From an uncultured Acidobacteriota bacterium (lineage in GTDB: Bacteria > Acidobacteriota > Terriglobia > Acidiferrales > UBA7541), in the NCBI GenBank assembly GCA_963751295.1, contig CAVVUA010000004.1, forward strand, positions 231,000-270,999: 40,000 nucleotides of DNA, in the 5' to 3' direction. Below the pieces are notes generated by a model. That model worked only from the letters and a program-made list of their open reading frames with translations, searched no databases and had not been told where the DNA came from. Positions 1 through 10,426 of this stretch are shown piece after piece (within the stretch, counting starts at the first letter, position 1; the number at the start of each line of letters is the position of its first letter). The position numbers and the translations under genes were made by a program.

Positions 1-7
1 CGGACCT

Positions 8-2206
8 GTGGCTACTACTGCACCGCAAGGTGTTTTTTCTGCAGATCGAGCTCTCGTTTATCTGAATGCCTTCGCGACCGCGCCTCATCCATTGGGATCT
101 GCCGAGCATGACCGCGTGCGTGACTACCTTGTCGCGCAACTTACGGCGCTTGGACTCACTCCCGAAATCCAGCGCGCTACGGGAGTCACGCCTCGCTATG
201 AGGTCGCTGGAACTGTGGAAAATATCGTTGCCAGATTGAAGGGCACGAGCGGTGCGACGGATGCCGTCGCGCTGGTTGCGCACTATGACTCCGTTCCCGC
301 TGGTCCTGGGGCGGGTGACGATGGCGCGGGCGTGGCTGCTTTGCTCGAAACGCTTCGCGCCTTGCGGGCCGGGCCACCGTTGCGCAATGACATTCTTTTT
401 GTGATCACTGACGGCGAAGAAGACGGGTTGCTCGGCGCTTCCGCGTTCGTGGCGGAAAATCCGGCGGCTAAAGATGTACGCGTGGTGGTCAACTTCGAAG
501 CCCGTGGAAACGCCGGCGAATCGCAAATGTTTGAAACCAGCGCAGGCAACGGCCGGATCGTGCAACTCTTTGCCCAGGCCGCGCCGCATCCTTCGGGTTC
601 TTCGCTGACTTACGAAATTTACAAGCACATGCCCAATGACACGGACATGACTGTGTTCAAGAAGTCCGGCGTGGCTGGCTTGAACTTTGCGTTTATTGGT
701 CACTGGGAGGCTTATCACACGCCACTCGACAATCCACAAATGCTCGATCGCGGCAGCCTGCAGCAACAAGGGGAAAACGCGTTGTCTCTCGCGCGCAGCC
801 TCGGCAACGCGGACCTCAGCCAGCTTCAGGACCGCGACTCGGTGTATTTTTCGTTACCCGGAAATTTCTTCGTGCATTATTCGAGCCGCTTCCTTTGGCC
901 TCTCGCACTTCTTTCTGGTGTCCTGCTCTTCGGCGCAATCTTTTACGCAAAAGGCGCCTGGCAAACGAGTCTGCTATCCATATTAGCCGGCTTCTTCGTA
1001 CACTTTGTCATTCTTCTTGTGTTGTTGATGGCCGGACTAGGATTTGTCCTCGGCGTGCACTGGCTTCACCTTCATGTGCTTCCGGAAGGCGGGTTGGAAC
1101 AAAATGGGCTGTACGTTTTTGGCCTATACGCTTTGCTGGCCGCTGCTCTGATTTTGCTTTACTCGCTGTTTCGCAAGAGGATTAAGCCGATCGCGTTTTT
1201 TCTTGGCGGCGGGCTACTGATTCTTGTCTTTGTCCTGGTGACAACGAAATGGCTCCCAGGCGGCAGTTATCTTTTTGTCTGGCCGCTGCTGGCCGATCTC
1301 GTTGCGTTCAGTACTGCAGCTTTTCGCCCGGGCCGTCTCTCGATTCTCGCTGTTTTGCTTCTCTGTGTGTTGAGTATGCCCGCGGTGATTTTCTTTGTAC
1401 CGCTTCTGCAAGGCTTTTACACTGCTCTTGGCTTTACTTCTATAGGCGCTCAGCTCCTGAGCTTAACTTTCGGCGTGTTCTTCTTTTTCCTGTTCCCTTT
1501 TCTTGATCTAGTGCTCGAATCTGCCGGTAAACTTCTTGCAGTTCTCGCGCTTAGCATCGCGCTCATTCTGTGTGTCATCGCGGCAAAAACAACGCACTAT
1601 TCTTCGACTCATCCGAAACCGAGTTTGCTCGCCTATGCTCTCGACGCCGATACAGGCAAAGCTCTTTGGACAAGCTCCACCAATCGCGTGGACACCTGGA
1701 CTGCTCACTATCTTGGTAATGCTCCTTCTCGAGGAAAGCTTCCTGGTTTCGTTCCCGACTGGTATCCCATCGATTTTCTTCAGCATGAAGCGCCTTCCGT
1801 CGCGCTAACGTCTCCGCAGGCAGAACTGATTGAAAATTCGAGCGATGGCGCGACGCGCACGCTGCATCTCCGCATCACCACGCCGCGGCACGCACGCACG
1901 CTCCACGTCGGCGTCGAGCAAGCAGAAGTTTTGAGCGCGACCGTCAATGGACACGATCTCGGCAAGCCGGCCGACGCGCGCTGGCACCAAGCCGGCCACT
2001 GGGGATTCGACTACGCCAACCCGCCAGCGGATGGAATTGATGTGCAACTCCGGGTACAAGCTGCGGGGCCGGTCACCATTGTGTTGGTGGATCGCTCCAG
2101 CGGGCTCCCTACAATTCCCGGCGCGAATTTTCCTCCGCGCCCGGCCGATTCCATGCCGATACACTCCGGCGATCAAACGATGGTGCGCCGGAGTTTTGTT
2201 TTTTAG
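8..2206 (+). CDS. M28-family metallopeptidase fused to a polytopic membrane region; the N-terminus may lie upstream of the window
   Basis: 732-aa ORF. The N-terminal third has M28 aminopeptidase-like metal-ligand blocks (HYDSVPAGPGAGDDGAGVAALLE, FVITDGEEDGLLGA, NFEARG). The middle has about 8 hydrophobic helices. The ORF starts 8 nt from the window edge on GTG. Confidence 0.8.
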   Translation: MATTAPQGVFSADRALVYLNAFATAPHPLGSAEHDRVRDYLVAQLTALGLTPEIQRATGVTPRYEVAGTVENIVARLKGTSGATDAVALVAHYDSVPAGPGAGDDGAGVAALLETLRALRAGPPLRNDILFVITDGEEDGLLGASAFVAENPAAKDVRVVVNFEARGNAGESQMFETSAGNGRIVQLFAQAAPHPSGSSLTYEIYKHMPNDTDMTVFKKSGVAGLNFAFIGHWEAYHTPLDNPQMLDRGSLQQQGENALSLARSLGNADLSQLQDRDSVYFSLPGNFFVHYSSRFLWPLALLSGVLLFGAIFYAKGAWQTSLLSILAGFFVHFVILLVLLMAGLGFVLGVHWLHLHVLPEGGLEQNGLYVFGLYALLAAALILLYSLFRKRIKPIAFFLGGGLLILVFVLVTTKWLPGGSYLFVWPLLADLVAFSTAAFRPGRLSILAVLLLCVLSMPAVIFFVPLLQGFYTALGFTSIGAQLLSLTFGVFFFFLFPFLDLVLESAGKLLAVLALSIALILCVIAAKTTHYSSTHPKPSLLAYALDADTGKALWTSSTNRVDTWTAHYLGNAPSRGKLPGFVPDWYPIDFLQHEAPSVALTSPQAELIENSSDGATRTLHLRITTPRHARTLHVGVEQAEVLSATVNGHDLGKPADARWHQAGHWGFDYANPPADGIDVQLRVQAAGPVTIVLVDRSSGLPTIPGANFPPRPADSMPIHSGDQTMVRRSFVF

Positions 2207-2272
2207 CGATTTTGTCTTTTCACTGTTGGCAGAGTACTCTGCTGGTTTGTCTGTGTATCACTGGGAGCCGCT

Positions 2273-2911
2273 GTGTCCTGTCCAATCTGTGAAAAGCGCA
2301 AGGCGGAAAGATTCTGTCCAGCGAAGGGCGAGAAAATCTGCGCCGTTTGCTGCGGCACAGAGCGGGAAGTTTCTATTGATTGCCTGCCGGACTGCTCCTA
2401 CCTAATCGCGGCGCATCGGTACGAAGATCAGCATCAGCGTTCGCTGCCGGAAGACACACCGCTCCTGGACGTTAAAGTTTCACAGGACGTTATTTACGCT
2501 CACCAAAACGTGCTTTCCGGGCTGGCGTTTACTACGGCGAAATTTTCCGCCGCGCATCCGGGTACGACTGATCCCGACGTTCTTGACGCGCTGCACGCTC
2601 TCGCGGAAACCTACAAGACGCTTAGCACTGGGATTATTTACGAAAAGCCTCCGGATGCTACGCTACCGCGCGAGCTTTACACTGCACTCGGTGCTTTTCT
2701 GACCGAATCCAAGCAACACAACGCTGAACGTGGCGCTGCGCCGCAGGCAAAGGACTCCGAAGTTTTTACTTTGCTCGTTTTCCTCTATCGGATGGGACTG
2801 CTGCGGACCAACGGCCGTACGCGCGCCCGGCGCTACATTGAATTCCTTCGCGGGCAGTTCCCTGCCGCTCCAGAACTGAAGCGCGAAGAATCCCGAATCA
2901 TCGTGCCGTAA
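2273..2911 (+). CDS. hypothetical protein with an N-terminal Cys-rich (zinc-binding-like) region
   Basis: 212-aa ORF. The N-terminus is MSCPICEKRKAERFCPAKGEKICAVCCGTEREVSIDCLPDC. No family recognised. GTG start. Confidence 0.5.
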   Translation: MSCPICEKRKAERFCPAKGEKICAVCCGTEREVSIDCLPDCSYLIAAHRYEDQHQRSLPEDTPLLDVKVSQDVIYAHQNVLSGLAFTTAKFSAAHPGTTDPDVLDALHALAETYKTLSTGIIYEKPPDATLPRELYTALGAFLTESKQHNAERGAAPQAKDSEVFTLLVFLYRMGLLRTNGRTRARRYIEFLRGQFPAAPELKREESRIIVP

Positions 2912-2988
2912 CGCCGCTCTGCTCGGAGACGCATCGGCGTTGAAATCTGGCAGTGTTTTCTTCCGCAAATGGTTCACGGAGGTTGCAA

Positions 2989-5352
2989 ATGTTCGGCGCA
3001 AAACCGAAAGGTGATACCGCGAGACGAGCAATTAAGACAAGTGTGTTTTTCTCGGCGGCTGCGTTAACGGCACTTGGCGTTGCGGCAGCATTTGCGGCGC
3101 CGGTTGGAGCTTTCGGGGATGAGCGGGAGTCCGCCGCTAGACTCGTCGCACGTACCATGTTTAATCCGGAATTCCGCGTGAAGACTTTTCATGGCGGAGA
3201 ATGGCTGGGGAACGGAGATTTCTACCTGGCGATAGAGGCTGCGGCCTCGGGTGGCGGCAGTGACATCGTGCGTTATCAAACGTCGACCGGAGCTCGAGAA
3301 ATTCTAGTTGCGGCGAGACGTCTGATTCCAGCTGGCGAGAAAGCGCCGCTGCCCCTCGAGGATTACACAATGTCCTCCGACGGACAGCAGGTTCTGGTGT
3401 TCACGAACTCTCAAACCGTTTGGCGGCAGAACACGCGCGGGGACTATTGGGTTCTTAATTTGAAGAGCGGCACTTTGCGTAAGCTCGGCGGTGATGCTGC
3501 TGCATCGAGCTTGATGTTTGCCAAATTCTCGCCGGACAACACGAAGGTCGGATACGTTCGCGGGAACAACGTTTACGTGGAAGAGTTGGCCAGCGGAAAA
3601 ATCACACAATTGACGCGCGACGGCTCTGAGACTGTGATCAACGGCACTTCCGACTGGGTGAACGAAGAAGAGTTTGATATCCGCGATGGGTTCGAATGGA
3701 GTCCCGACAGCCGCGCTATTGCTTTCTGGCAATTCAACACGGCTGGCGTCGGGAACTACACGCTGATCTACGACCTTGGCGCGCCGCGCGGCGAGATCGT
3801 CACTGGAATTCCTTATCCCGGCACGGGTCCGTATCCACAGACGCTGCAATATCCGTATCCACTTGCGGGTACGCACAATTCGGCGGTTCGCGTCGGCGTC
3901 GCAAGCGCGGCGGGAGGGGAAGTTGTTTGGATGCAGACCGCGGGAGATCCGAACAATTTCTATATTCCACAGATGGGCTGGGCTGATTCCAGTCATGTGC
4001 TGCTGCAGCACATGAACCGTTTGCAGAATAAGAATGAGTTTCTGCTTGCTGATTCGTCATCCGGCGTGGCGCGAACGGTGTTCGTTGACGAGGACCGCGG
4101 GTGGGTGGATGTGAATGCGTCCGTTTTGTGGGTCAACAAGGGCCACGAATTCCTGGTGCTGAGCGAGCGGGATGGCTGGCGGCATTTGTATCGGGTGGCG
4201 CGCGAATCCGGCAAGGCGGAACTTGTTACGCGCGGCGAGTTCGACGTGGTAAGCGTCGACCGCGTTAGCCCAGACGAAAAGTGGGTTTACTTTATCGCCT
4301 CGCCTGACAATTCGACGCAGCGGTATCTTTATCGCGCGCGGCTGGACGGCTCGACTGCGCCTGAGCGCGTCACACCGTCGAATAAGCCCGGGACGCACTC
4401 ATACACTATTTCGCCGAACGGCGAGTGGGCTTTCCACAACTTCTCATCTTTCAATGAACCGCTCACGTCTGAAGTGGTGCACTTGCCCGATCATCGCGTC
4501 ATGCGAAATACCGCAGACAATTCCGCACTGGCTGAACGCGTGAAGCCGCTATCGAGCGGGCCTGCGGAATTTGTGAAAGTGGACGCAGGCAACAGCTTGA
4601 TGGTGGACGCGTGGTTGATGAAGCCGCCGAATTTCGATCCTGCGAAGAAATATGCGCTGATTGTGAATGTCTATTCCGAACCTGCTGGACAAACCACGGC
4701 AGACCATTGGCCTTCCATGTTCGACCGCGCACTTACCAGCGCCGGTTATCTAGTGGCGAGCTTTGACAATCAGGGCACGCCCGCTCCACGCGGCCGCGAA
4801 TGGCGCAAAGTCGTATACGGAAATGTTGGGCCGCTTTCGTCTCAGCAGCAGGCGACCGCTCTTCAATCGCTGGAAAAAACTCACACGTATATTGATGAGA
4901 AGCGCGTCGGAGTGTGGGGTTGGAGCGGAGGCGGAACGGAAACGCTGAATTTAATGTTTCGGTATCCCGAAATTTACAGTGTTGGAGTTTCGGTGGCGTC
5001 GGTGCCCGACCAGCGGCTCTACGACAGCATCTATCAAGAGCGGTATATGGGGTTGCCGCAGGATAGTCCGAAGGCTTACGAACAAAGTTCGGCCATTAAT
5101 TTTGCGGGCGGCCTGCGCGGCTACTTAATGGTGATGCACGGCTCCGGCGACGACAATGTTCACTTCCAGGGTTTTGAGTTGCTGGTCAACAAATTGATTT
5201 CGCTCGGGAAACAATTCGATATGCGCGTCTACCCCGGCCGCACACATGGCATCTTCGAAGGCAAGGGCACGAGTATGGACGTTTATACAAACATTCTCGG
5301 GTACTTCGAAGCTCACCTCCCGCCGGGGCCGTCGCCAGCCGAGCGTCATTGA
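2989..5352 (+). CDS. S9B dipeptidyl-peptidase IV family serine peptidase (secreted)
   Basis: Long ORF with a propeller-like N-terminal region and an S9 catalytic domain. Nucleophile motif VGVWGWSGGG, later HGSGDDNVH and GRTHG. I chose the ATG at 2989 because GGAGG lies 7 nt upstream and a signal-like peptide (AALTALGVAAAFAAP) follows. Confidence 0.9.
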   Translation: MFGAKPKGDTARRAIKTSVFFSAAALTALGVAAAFAAPVGAFGDERESAARLVARTMFNPEFRVKTFHGGEWLGNGDFYLAIEAAASGGGSDIVRYQTSTGAREILVAARRLIPAGEKAPLPLEDYTMSSDGQQVLVFTNSQTVWRQNTRGDYWVLNLKSGTLRKLGGDAAASSLMFAKFSPDNTKVGYVRGNNVYVEELASGKITQLTRDGSETVINGTSDWVNEEEFDIRDGFEWSPDSRAIAFWQFNTAGVGNYTLIYDLGAPRGEIVTGIPYPGTGPYPQTLQYPYPLAGTHNSAVRVGVASAAGGEVVWMQTAGDPNNFYIPQMGWADSSHVLLQHMNRLQNKNEFLLADSSSGVARTVFVDEDRGWVDVNASVLWVNKGHEFLVLSERDGWRHLYRVARESGKAELVTRGEFDVVSVDRVSPDEKWVYFIASPDNSTQRYLYRARLDGSTAPERVTPSNKPGTHSYTISPNGEWAFHNFSSFNEPLTSEVVHLPDHRVMRNTADNSALAERVKPLSSGPAEFVKVDAGNSLMVDAWLMKPPNFDPAKKYALIVNVYSEPAGQTTADHWPSMFDRALTSAGYLVASFDNQGTPAPRGREWRKVVYGNVGPLSSQQQATALQSLEKTHTYIDEKRVGVWGWSGGGTETLNLMFRYPEIYSVGVSVASVPDQRLYDSIYQERYMGLPQDSPKAYEQSSAINFAGGLRGYLMVMHGSGDDNVHFQGFELLVNKLISLGKQFDMRVYPGRTHGIFEGKGTSMDVYTNILGYFEAHLPPGPSPAERH

Positions 5353-5531
5353 GGCTGAGGAAGTTCGGCGCAATCGCTACGCGCCGAAATAGGCAGCACG
5401 ACTGGCAAACAGTACTTGTCTAAAGGCTCGGAGAGCCGGAGTACACCCAACTACCTAGGAAAATCATCCAATCCTTTTGCGCTTTGCGCTCCAAACAGCA
5501 GCGTCTCTGATCACCTAAAGGAGAGAGGAAA

Positions 5532-6404
5532 ATGTTTGCAGTAATGGGCGTTACTGGGAACGTGGGTGGTGAAGTAGCCCGCAACCTTTTGAGGGCAAAA
5601 CTGCCTGTGCGCGCGGTTGTGCGCGAGGCTAGCAAGGGCGAAGTTTGGACGCAGTGCGGCTGTGAGCTTGCGACAGCGGATATAAATGACTCGGCTGAAC
5701 TTGCAGCGGCATTTAAAGGGACGGAGGGAGTTTTTGTGCTCGTTCCGCCTAGCTTTGATTCTTTGCCGGAGTTCCCCGAGGCTCGTGCCATAGCTGCGGC
5801 GCTGCGGGTGGCGTTGGACGCGGCGCGTCCAGAGCGAGTCGTCTACTTGTCGACCATCGGAGCGCAGGCAATCCAATCCAACCTGCTTTCGCAGCACACG
5901 CTCATCGAGCAAGAGCTCCGAATGTCGCCCGTACCCATTACGTTTCTTCGGCCCGGATGGTTTATGGAGAACGCGGCCTGGGACGTCGCTCCAGCGACCA
6001 GCAGCGGCGTGGTTCCGAGTTTTCTCCAGCCACTCGACAAACCCTTTCCCATGGTTGCCACCACGGACATTGGGCGCGTCGCCGCCGAACTGCTCCGCGA
6101 AACGTGGAAGGATCACCGCATCGTCGAGCTGGAAGGTCCGCATAGGGTAACTCCGAACGAGCTCGCAGCTACTTTCGCGCGTCTGCTAGGCCGCCCGGTG
6201 CGAATGGAAGTGGTTCGCCGCGAAACTTGGGAGCCGCTCTTCAAATCGCAGGGCATGAAGAACCCCGGGCCACGAGCGCGAATGCTCGACGGCTTCAACG
6301 AAGGCTGGATTGAATTCGAGAATGGCGAAGCTGGCTCGCAAAAAGGAAGGGTCAGCCTGGAAGCCGTGCTGCGGGCTCTCATTGAGAGAGCGGGAAAGTC
6401 TTAG
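5532..6404 (+). CDS. NmrA-like / atypical SDR NAD(P)-binding protein
   Basis: 290 aa. N-terminal Rossmann motif VMGVTGNVGGEVARNLL. AAGGAGAGAGG lies upstream of the ATG. Confidence 0.85.
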   Translation: MFAVMGVTGNVGGEVARNLLRAKLPVRAVVREASKGEVWTQCGCELATADINDSAELAAAFKGTEGVFVLVPPSFDSLPEFPEARAIAAALRVALDAARPERVVYLSTIGAQAIQSNLLSQHTLIEQELRMSPVPITFLRPGWFMENAAWDVAPATSSGVVPSFLQPLDKPFPMVATTDIGRVAAELLRETWKDHRIVELEGPHRVTPNELAATFARLLGRPVRMEVVRRETWEPLFKSQGMKNPGPRARMLDGFNEGWIEFENGEAGSQKGRVSLEAVLRALIERAGKS

Positions 6405-6419
6405 GCTTTGTTCGATTCC

Positions 6420-7781
6420 CTACCCTGTTGCACAGGAGCGCATGCCTTGCAAGTCCGCGGTGACGCTTGTAGCACCCCAACCTAGTTTCATTTGGGCGCA
6501 TGGCGTTGTGCGTTGTGTGTCGCGGGCCACGCGCGACTCGAAACCGTATTTTTGTTTCAGGCGGGCTACGCGGTCGGCGATTTGCTTTCGGTACTTTTCG
6601 GGCGCGTAGGTTTCTTTTGAGTACCACTCTTCGTATTGTTTTGTGAGGCGGGGGAATTTTTCCCTGATGAATGGCAGGAATTGTTTGGCGGAGGATGGCA
6701 TTAGAAAGAGGACGCCGGAGAAAAACCACTGAGCGCCTGCTTTGTGGGCTGCTTCGGCTACCGCTTCGAGTTCACCTTCGCGGTCGGTGATACCGGGAAT
6801 CAGGGGCGAGGCGGAGACTCCTACGCGAAGGCCCGCTTCTCGTAGTTGCTTTACTGCTGCAATTCTCAAATCGGGGCGAGGAGCGCGGGGTTCGAGCAAT
6901 CGCGCCAGCCTTGCGCGCAGCGTCGTGATGGTGATGTTGAGCGAAAGCTCGGAGCGTTCGGCAATCCTCTTGAAGATGTCGATGTCGCGCACGATCTGGT
7001 TCGATTTGGTGATTACGGAAATGCTCAGCCCCTCACGCTTCGACAATTCTTCGAGGCACGCTCGCGTTACTCCATATTCGCGCTCGGCGGGTTGATACGG
7101 ATCGGTAGCTGTCCCGATAGCAATGTGCTCTGGCTTTTCTCCGCCCGAGCTCTCGGACTCATACGAGTATTTGTGAGCGACGTCATAGGCCAGCAGCGGG
7201 GCTGCATCTTTTTTCACAAAAATCTTGCGCTCAAATTCGCCGCCGTCCAGCTCCATGTACTCGTGCGTGTAGCGGGCGTAGCAGTAAAGGCAGCCAAATT
7301 CGCAACCTCGATATGGATTGATCGTCCAATCGAACGGGACACGCGCCGAATCGCAGCGGTTCAGTATGGACTTCACCGGCAGCAGGAAATACTCGGGCCG
7401 CACGGCGGACTTACGGTGGCTCTCCGCAGGGGGAGAGCATGCTGCGAGGCGGGCAATGCCCACCAGCGGTACGGCTGCATCCTGGGTCCGGTGATCCGCG
7501 CGGCTTTGAAAACCGTGCGGGACCGCCTCTTGCGAGGTCGGCGGGGGGCAATCCGCCGTGGTGTAACCCGAAGTGCTGCCGCCTAAGCCGGGGCTCGCTG
7601 CAGCTCCCACTTTGTCGCTGACATTGTCCTGGACATTGTGGCTGCTACCCGGCGAATCACCGGCCTTTGGTGTTGGGCTTGTCGCATAGGGGCTAACAGG
7701 AAAGAGAGTAGCTGTGGATTGTCTTGCGCGGCGGCGTCGGATACCAAAAGTCCGAGCCGTGGAGGAAAGAACTGGAGACAT
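6420..7781 (-). CDS. radical SAM protein (SplB / DNA-photolyase-like, COG1533-type); start codon uncertain
   Basis: CEFGCLYCYARY (CxxxCxxC radical-SAM cluster motif) preceded by WTINPYRGC. The first ~150 aa are low-complexity, so the true start may be an internal GTG/TTG. Confidence 0.8.
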   Translation of the reverse strand: MSPVLSSTARTFGIRRRRARQSTATLFPVSPYATSPTPKAGDSPGSSHNVQDNVSDKVGAAASPGLGGSTSGYTTADCPPPTSQEAVPHGFQSRADHRTQDAAVPLVGIARLAACSPPAESHRKSAVRPEYFLLPVKSILNRCDSARVPFDWTINPYRGCEFGCLYCYARYTHEYMELDGGEFERKIFVKKDAAPLLAYDVAHKYSYESESSGGEKPEHIAIGTATDPYQPAEREYGVTRACLEELSKREGLSISVITKSNQIVRDIDIFKRIAERSELSLNITITTLRARLARLLEPRAPRPDLRIAAVKQLREAGLRVGVSASPLIPGITDREGELEAVAEAAHKAGAQWFFSGVLFLMPSSAKQFLPFIREKFPRLTKQYEEWYSKETYAPEKYRKQIADRVARLKQKYGFESRVARDTQRTTPCAQMKLGWGATSVTADLQGMRSCATG

Positions 7782-7962
7782 AGCCCACCTCGAAGCACGG
7801 CCAAGTATTTCGCTTTTCGTTCGCCATTGTCAAGCAGTTTTCGCTTTTTATTCGTCTTAAATTCCTGGCTTAACCTCTTGGTTCGCCCTGCTGTTTCCGA
7901 ACATTCGTGCGCATTGTGCGCTTCAATGCCAGAGGGTATCCTGCTTGTTCGGGAGGATCCGC

Positions 7963-9438
7963 GTGCAACAGTCCCCACTAGCACGGTTGCTTCTAGGTGC
8001 GTCCGCCGTGGTTTTCTCGGCCTATTTGTGTTCTGCTCAAGCGCAGCAACCCCAATCGCTACAGCAGCCTCCAACGCAACAACCTCCCCCGAAGGCGTCG
8101 GCTCCGCCTCCTGCTGCAGCAACTCAAGCCAAGAAATCCGCAGCCGGACCAGCCGCCCCTCAATCAACTCACTACCCCATCCTGCTTTTGGTTCAAGGCA
8201 ACGACCAATCCTGGAGTCTTCGCATTGGCCTACGAGGACCGGAGCGTCTTGATCGGAATGGTTATCCCCCGATCCCGCTGGAACCCACCGACGTGGCTCG
8301 CGAAGGCGTTACAGACTCATGGACTTACCACGCCAAGGACTCTCAGACGGGCGCCGCGGTTTCCGTCCATATAACCCGGGAAGCCTGTACCGATCCGGCT
8401 TCAACCACCAAATTCGCCTTCATTGCGTCAGTTGAGCACGCCCAGATCGGTGCAATGCAAGGCTGCGCGCGGGTGGCCACAGAACTCTTCCCGAAGATCA
8501 ACAATCAGCCTACCGACGACGATGATGACGCCAAGGACAAGCCTGCCCCTCCGACGATTACGCACTTCAAGGCGCCCGTGGCTGTGGCGTATATCAACGC
8601 CACCGGCAAGCTGATCGTCAAGCGCGGCAGCGTCGCCCGCGCCGTCCCTGGAAAAGGCGGTGACCAGCTGGCGCTGTCGCATGATGGAAAGCGATTGTTG
8701 TACACGACCGAGGAAAGGGGCGCAGAAAAAGGGGCCGACCGCACCATATCTGTCTACGACTGGGGAACCGGCAAGTCCACTGAGTTGCTCAGAGGCCTCG
8801 TGCAGCAAGCGTTTTGGTCGCCGGACGATACGCGCATTGCTTTCTTGAAATTTGACGGTTCCAAGTGGCAGCTCTGGACCGCGCCAGCGGATGCGCCAGA
8901 AAAGGCGGCTCTCGCGTATCCGGGCGAAGCCGTGAGCTTCCACGGCTGGACAGATGCGCAAACGCTTCTCGCCGGTGACCTGCAAAACCTCTCTTGGATT
9001 GGGGATGACGGAACTGTGAAGCAAACTCTTTCCAGCGCAGACCTGTACGGCAAAGATCAATTCGGATTGTCCAGCGCGAATACCGTGCGCGTTCATCCTC
9101 TCAATCCGGACTTGCTCCTGGTTTCAGCCGAATTGGTGCCAGCAGCTGCAGAGGCCTACTTGAAGAATGCCCAGGCTAGGAATAAAGACGCCGTTAAAAT
9201 TAGCGGCACGCCGGCGGGGCAGGCGTTTTTCCTCTATGAGATTAAATCCAAGCGCCGGGTCCTTTTGAGTCCGCCAAACTTGACGAGTTCTTTCGTTGAG
9301 TGGTCTCGCGACGGCCTGCAGATTTATTTCACTGGCCGCGAGTCATCGTCAAAGCCATTGGGGATTTACAAAATGTTCTGGGACGGTACCAGTCAGGTCA
9401 AGGTGCTGGACGGATATGACCTTGTGATTGGTCAATGA
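7963..9438 (+). CDS. secreted hypothetical protein with a TolB/WD40-like beta-propeller C-terminal half
   Basis: Signal peptide ARLLLGASAVVFSAYLCSAQA and a Q/P-rich linker. Repeated propeller-like blades (LSHDGKRLLYT, WSPDDTRIAFL, WSRDGLQIYFT). I preferred the GTG at 7963 because GGGAGG lies 7 nt upstream. Confidence 0.6.
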   Translation: MQQSPLARLLLGASAVVFSAYLCSAQAQQPQSLQQPPTQQPPPKASAPPPAAATQAKKSAAGPAAPQSTHYPILLLVQGNDQSWSLRIGLRGPERLDRNGYPPIPLEPTDVAREGVTDSWTYHAKDSQTGAAVSVHITREACTDPASTTKFAFIASVEHAQIGAMQGCARVATELFPKINNQPTDDDDDAKDKPAPPTITHFKAPVAVAYINATGKLIVKRGSVARAVPGKGGDQLALSHDGKRLLYTTEERGAEKGADRTISVYDWGTGKSTELLRGLVQQAFWSPDDTRIAFLKFDGSKWQLWTAPADAPEKAALAYPGEAVSFHGWTDAQTLLAGDLQNLSWIGDDGTVKQTLSSADLYGKDQFGLSSANTVRVHPLNPDLLLVSAELVPAAAEAYLKNAQARNKDAVKISGTPAGQAFFLYEIKSKRRVLLSPPNLTSSFVEWSRDGLQIYFTGRESSSKPLGIYKMFWDGTSQVKVLDGYDLVIGQ

Positions 9439-10340
9439 GAGTCTCGCTTCCAGATTTCTGCGCTAGGATGGTCAGTATGTTCATGCCTGCAATCCGCGCG
9501 ACGGCTGTCTTCGTCGCCATCGCCTCCTTGGTTTCACCCAGGCTGCTGCATCCTTCCTTAAGCGCGCAGCAATTTTCGCAGGATCAAGCACCGGCCACGT
9601 CGGCCCCACAGCCTGCGCAGCAAACTGTTGTTCCGCCGCCTCATTCCTCATCCCGCTCTTCCCTTCGCTACGCTTTGCCGCGGCGCGAGTACCTTTGCGC
9701 TGGCGGCGCCAGAATTGTGATTCTGCTGGAAACCAAGGCGGCGCGGCTGACCTTGAACGGGCACATCTACAATATGAGGCAGGTTGAAACCGACCATGGC
9801 TCAGGCTCCGACACCAAATACTCGGCGGGGTCGGTGGTCTGGTCGGGCACTGGGGAAGACGGCTTCCTCGTAGACAATTCCGACGCCTCGCATCCAAAGA
9901 TGCTGGCCGAGGAGTGCCACCTGCAAAGCTCGTACCCGCCGGCCGCTCCCACCGCAGGTTCAATCCATGGAACGGCAACCTTTGGAGCAGCCCCGGCCTT
10001 GCCTGCGGATGCCGTTCTGATAGTGCAGCTTAGAGATACTAGCCATGACTCTGACGATCCCGCTGCCGTTGTCGCCGAGGAAAGAGTCCCGCTTGGCGGG
10101 CGCGCGGCGCCAGTATCGTTCGCGGTGAAGTTTGACCCTTCAAAAGCCACTAGCAAGATTCCCTTTGCCGTTTCTGCGAGCATCACTGGGCACGGGAAGC
10201 TCCTATTCGTTCTCGTGAAAGCTGTGACTATCCCCGATATCTCCAACCCTCCTGCAATTCATCTCGCACTATCGCGGGCAACATCGAAGAAGGGCCAAAC
10301 GTCGACTTCTCCGGTTCCGGAAGCTCCACCACACCTTTAG
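9435..10340 (+). CDS. hypothetical exported protein (MliC-like plus YbaY/YscW-like lipoprotein domains, tentative)
   Basis: The start overlaps the upstream stop (ATGA). Hydrophobic N-terminus. The C-terminal block LIVQLRDTSHDSDDPAAVVAEERVPLGGRAAPVSFAVKFD resembles YbaY-type lipoproteins. Confidence 0.5.
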   Translation: MRVSLPDFCARMVSMFMPAIRATAVFVAIASLVSPRLLHPSLSAQQFSQDQAPATSAPQPAQQTVVPPPHSSSRSSLRYALPRREYLCAGGARIVILLETKAARLTLNGHIYNMRQVETDHGSGSDTKYSAGSVVWSGTGEDGFLVDNSDASHPKMLAEECHLQSSYPPAAPTAGSIHGTATFGAAPALPADAVLIVQLRDTSHDSDDPAAVVAEERVPLGGRAAPVSFAVKFDPSKATSKIPFAVSASITGHGKLLFVLVKAVTIPDISNPPAIHLALSRATSKKGQTSTSPVPEAPPHL

Positions 10341-10426
10341 GACTGATTTGGTCCGGCATTGGCCGATACGCGGCAGGCCCTTGCTTGTCTAGCCGAGGCG
10401 TTCGGGCCCAGCGCTATACTTATTTG

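Noticed and set aside
5364-5388. Hairpin TTCGGCGC-N9-GCGCCGAA after the DPP-IV gene as an intrinsic terminator
   Set aside because: The 8-bp stem is good but no U-tract follows it (ATAGGCAGC). It may still act as a terminator or an RNA-stability element, but the call is not supportable from sequence alone.
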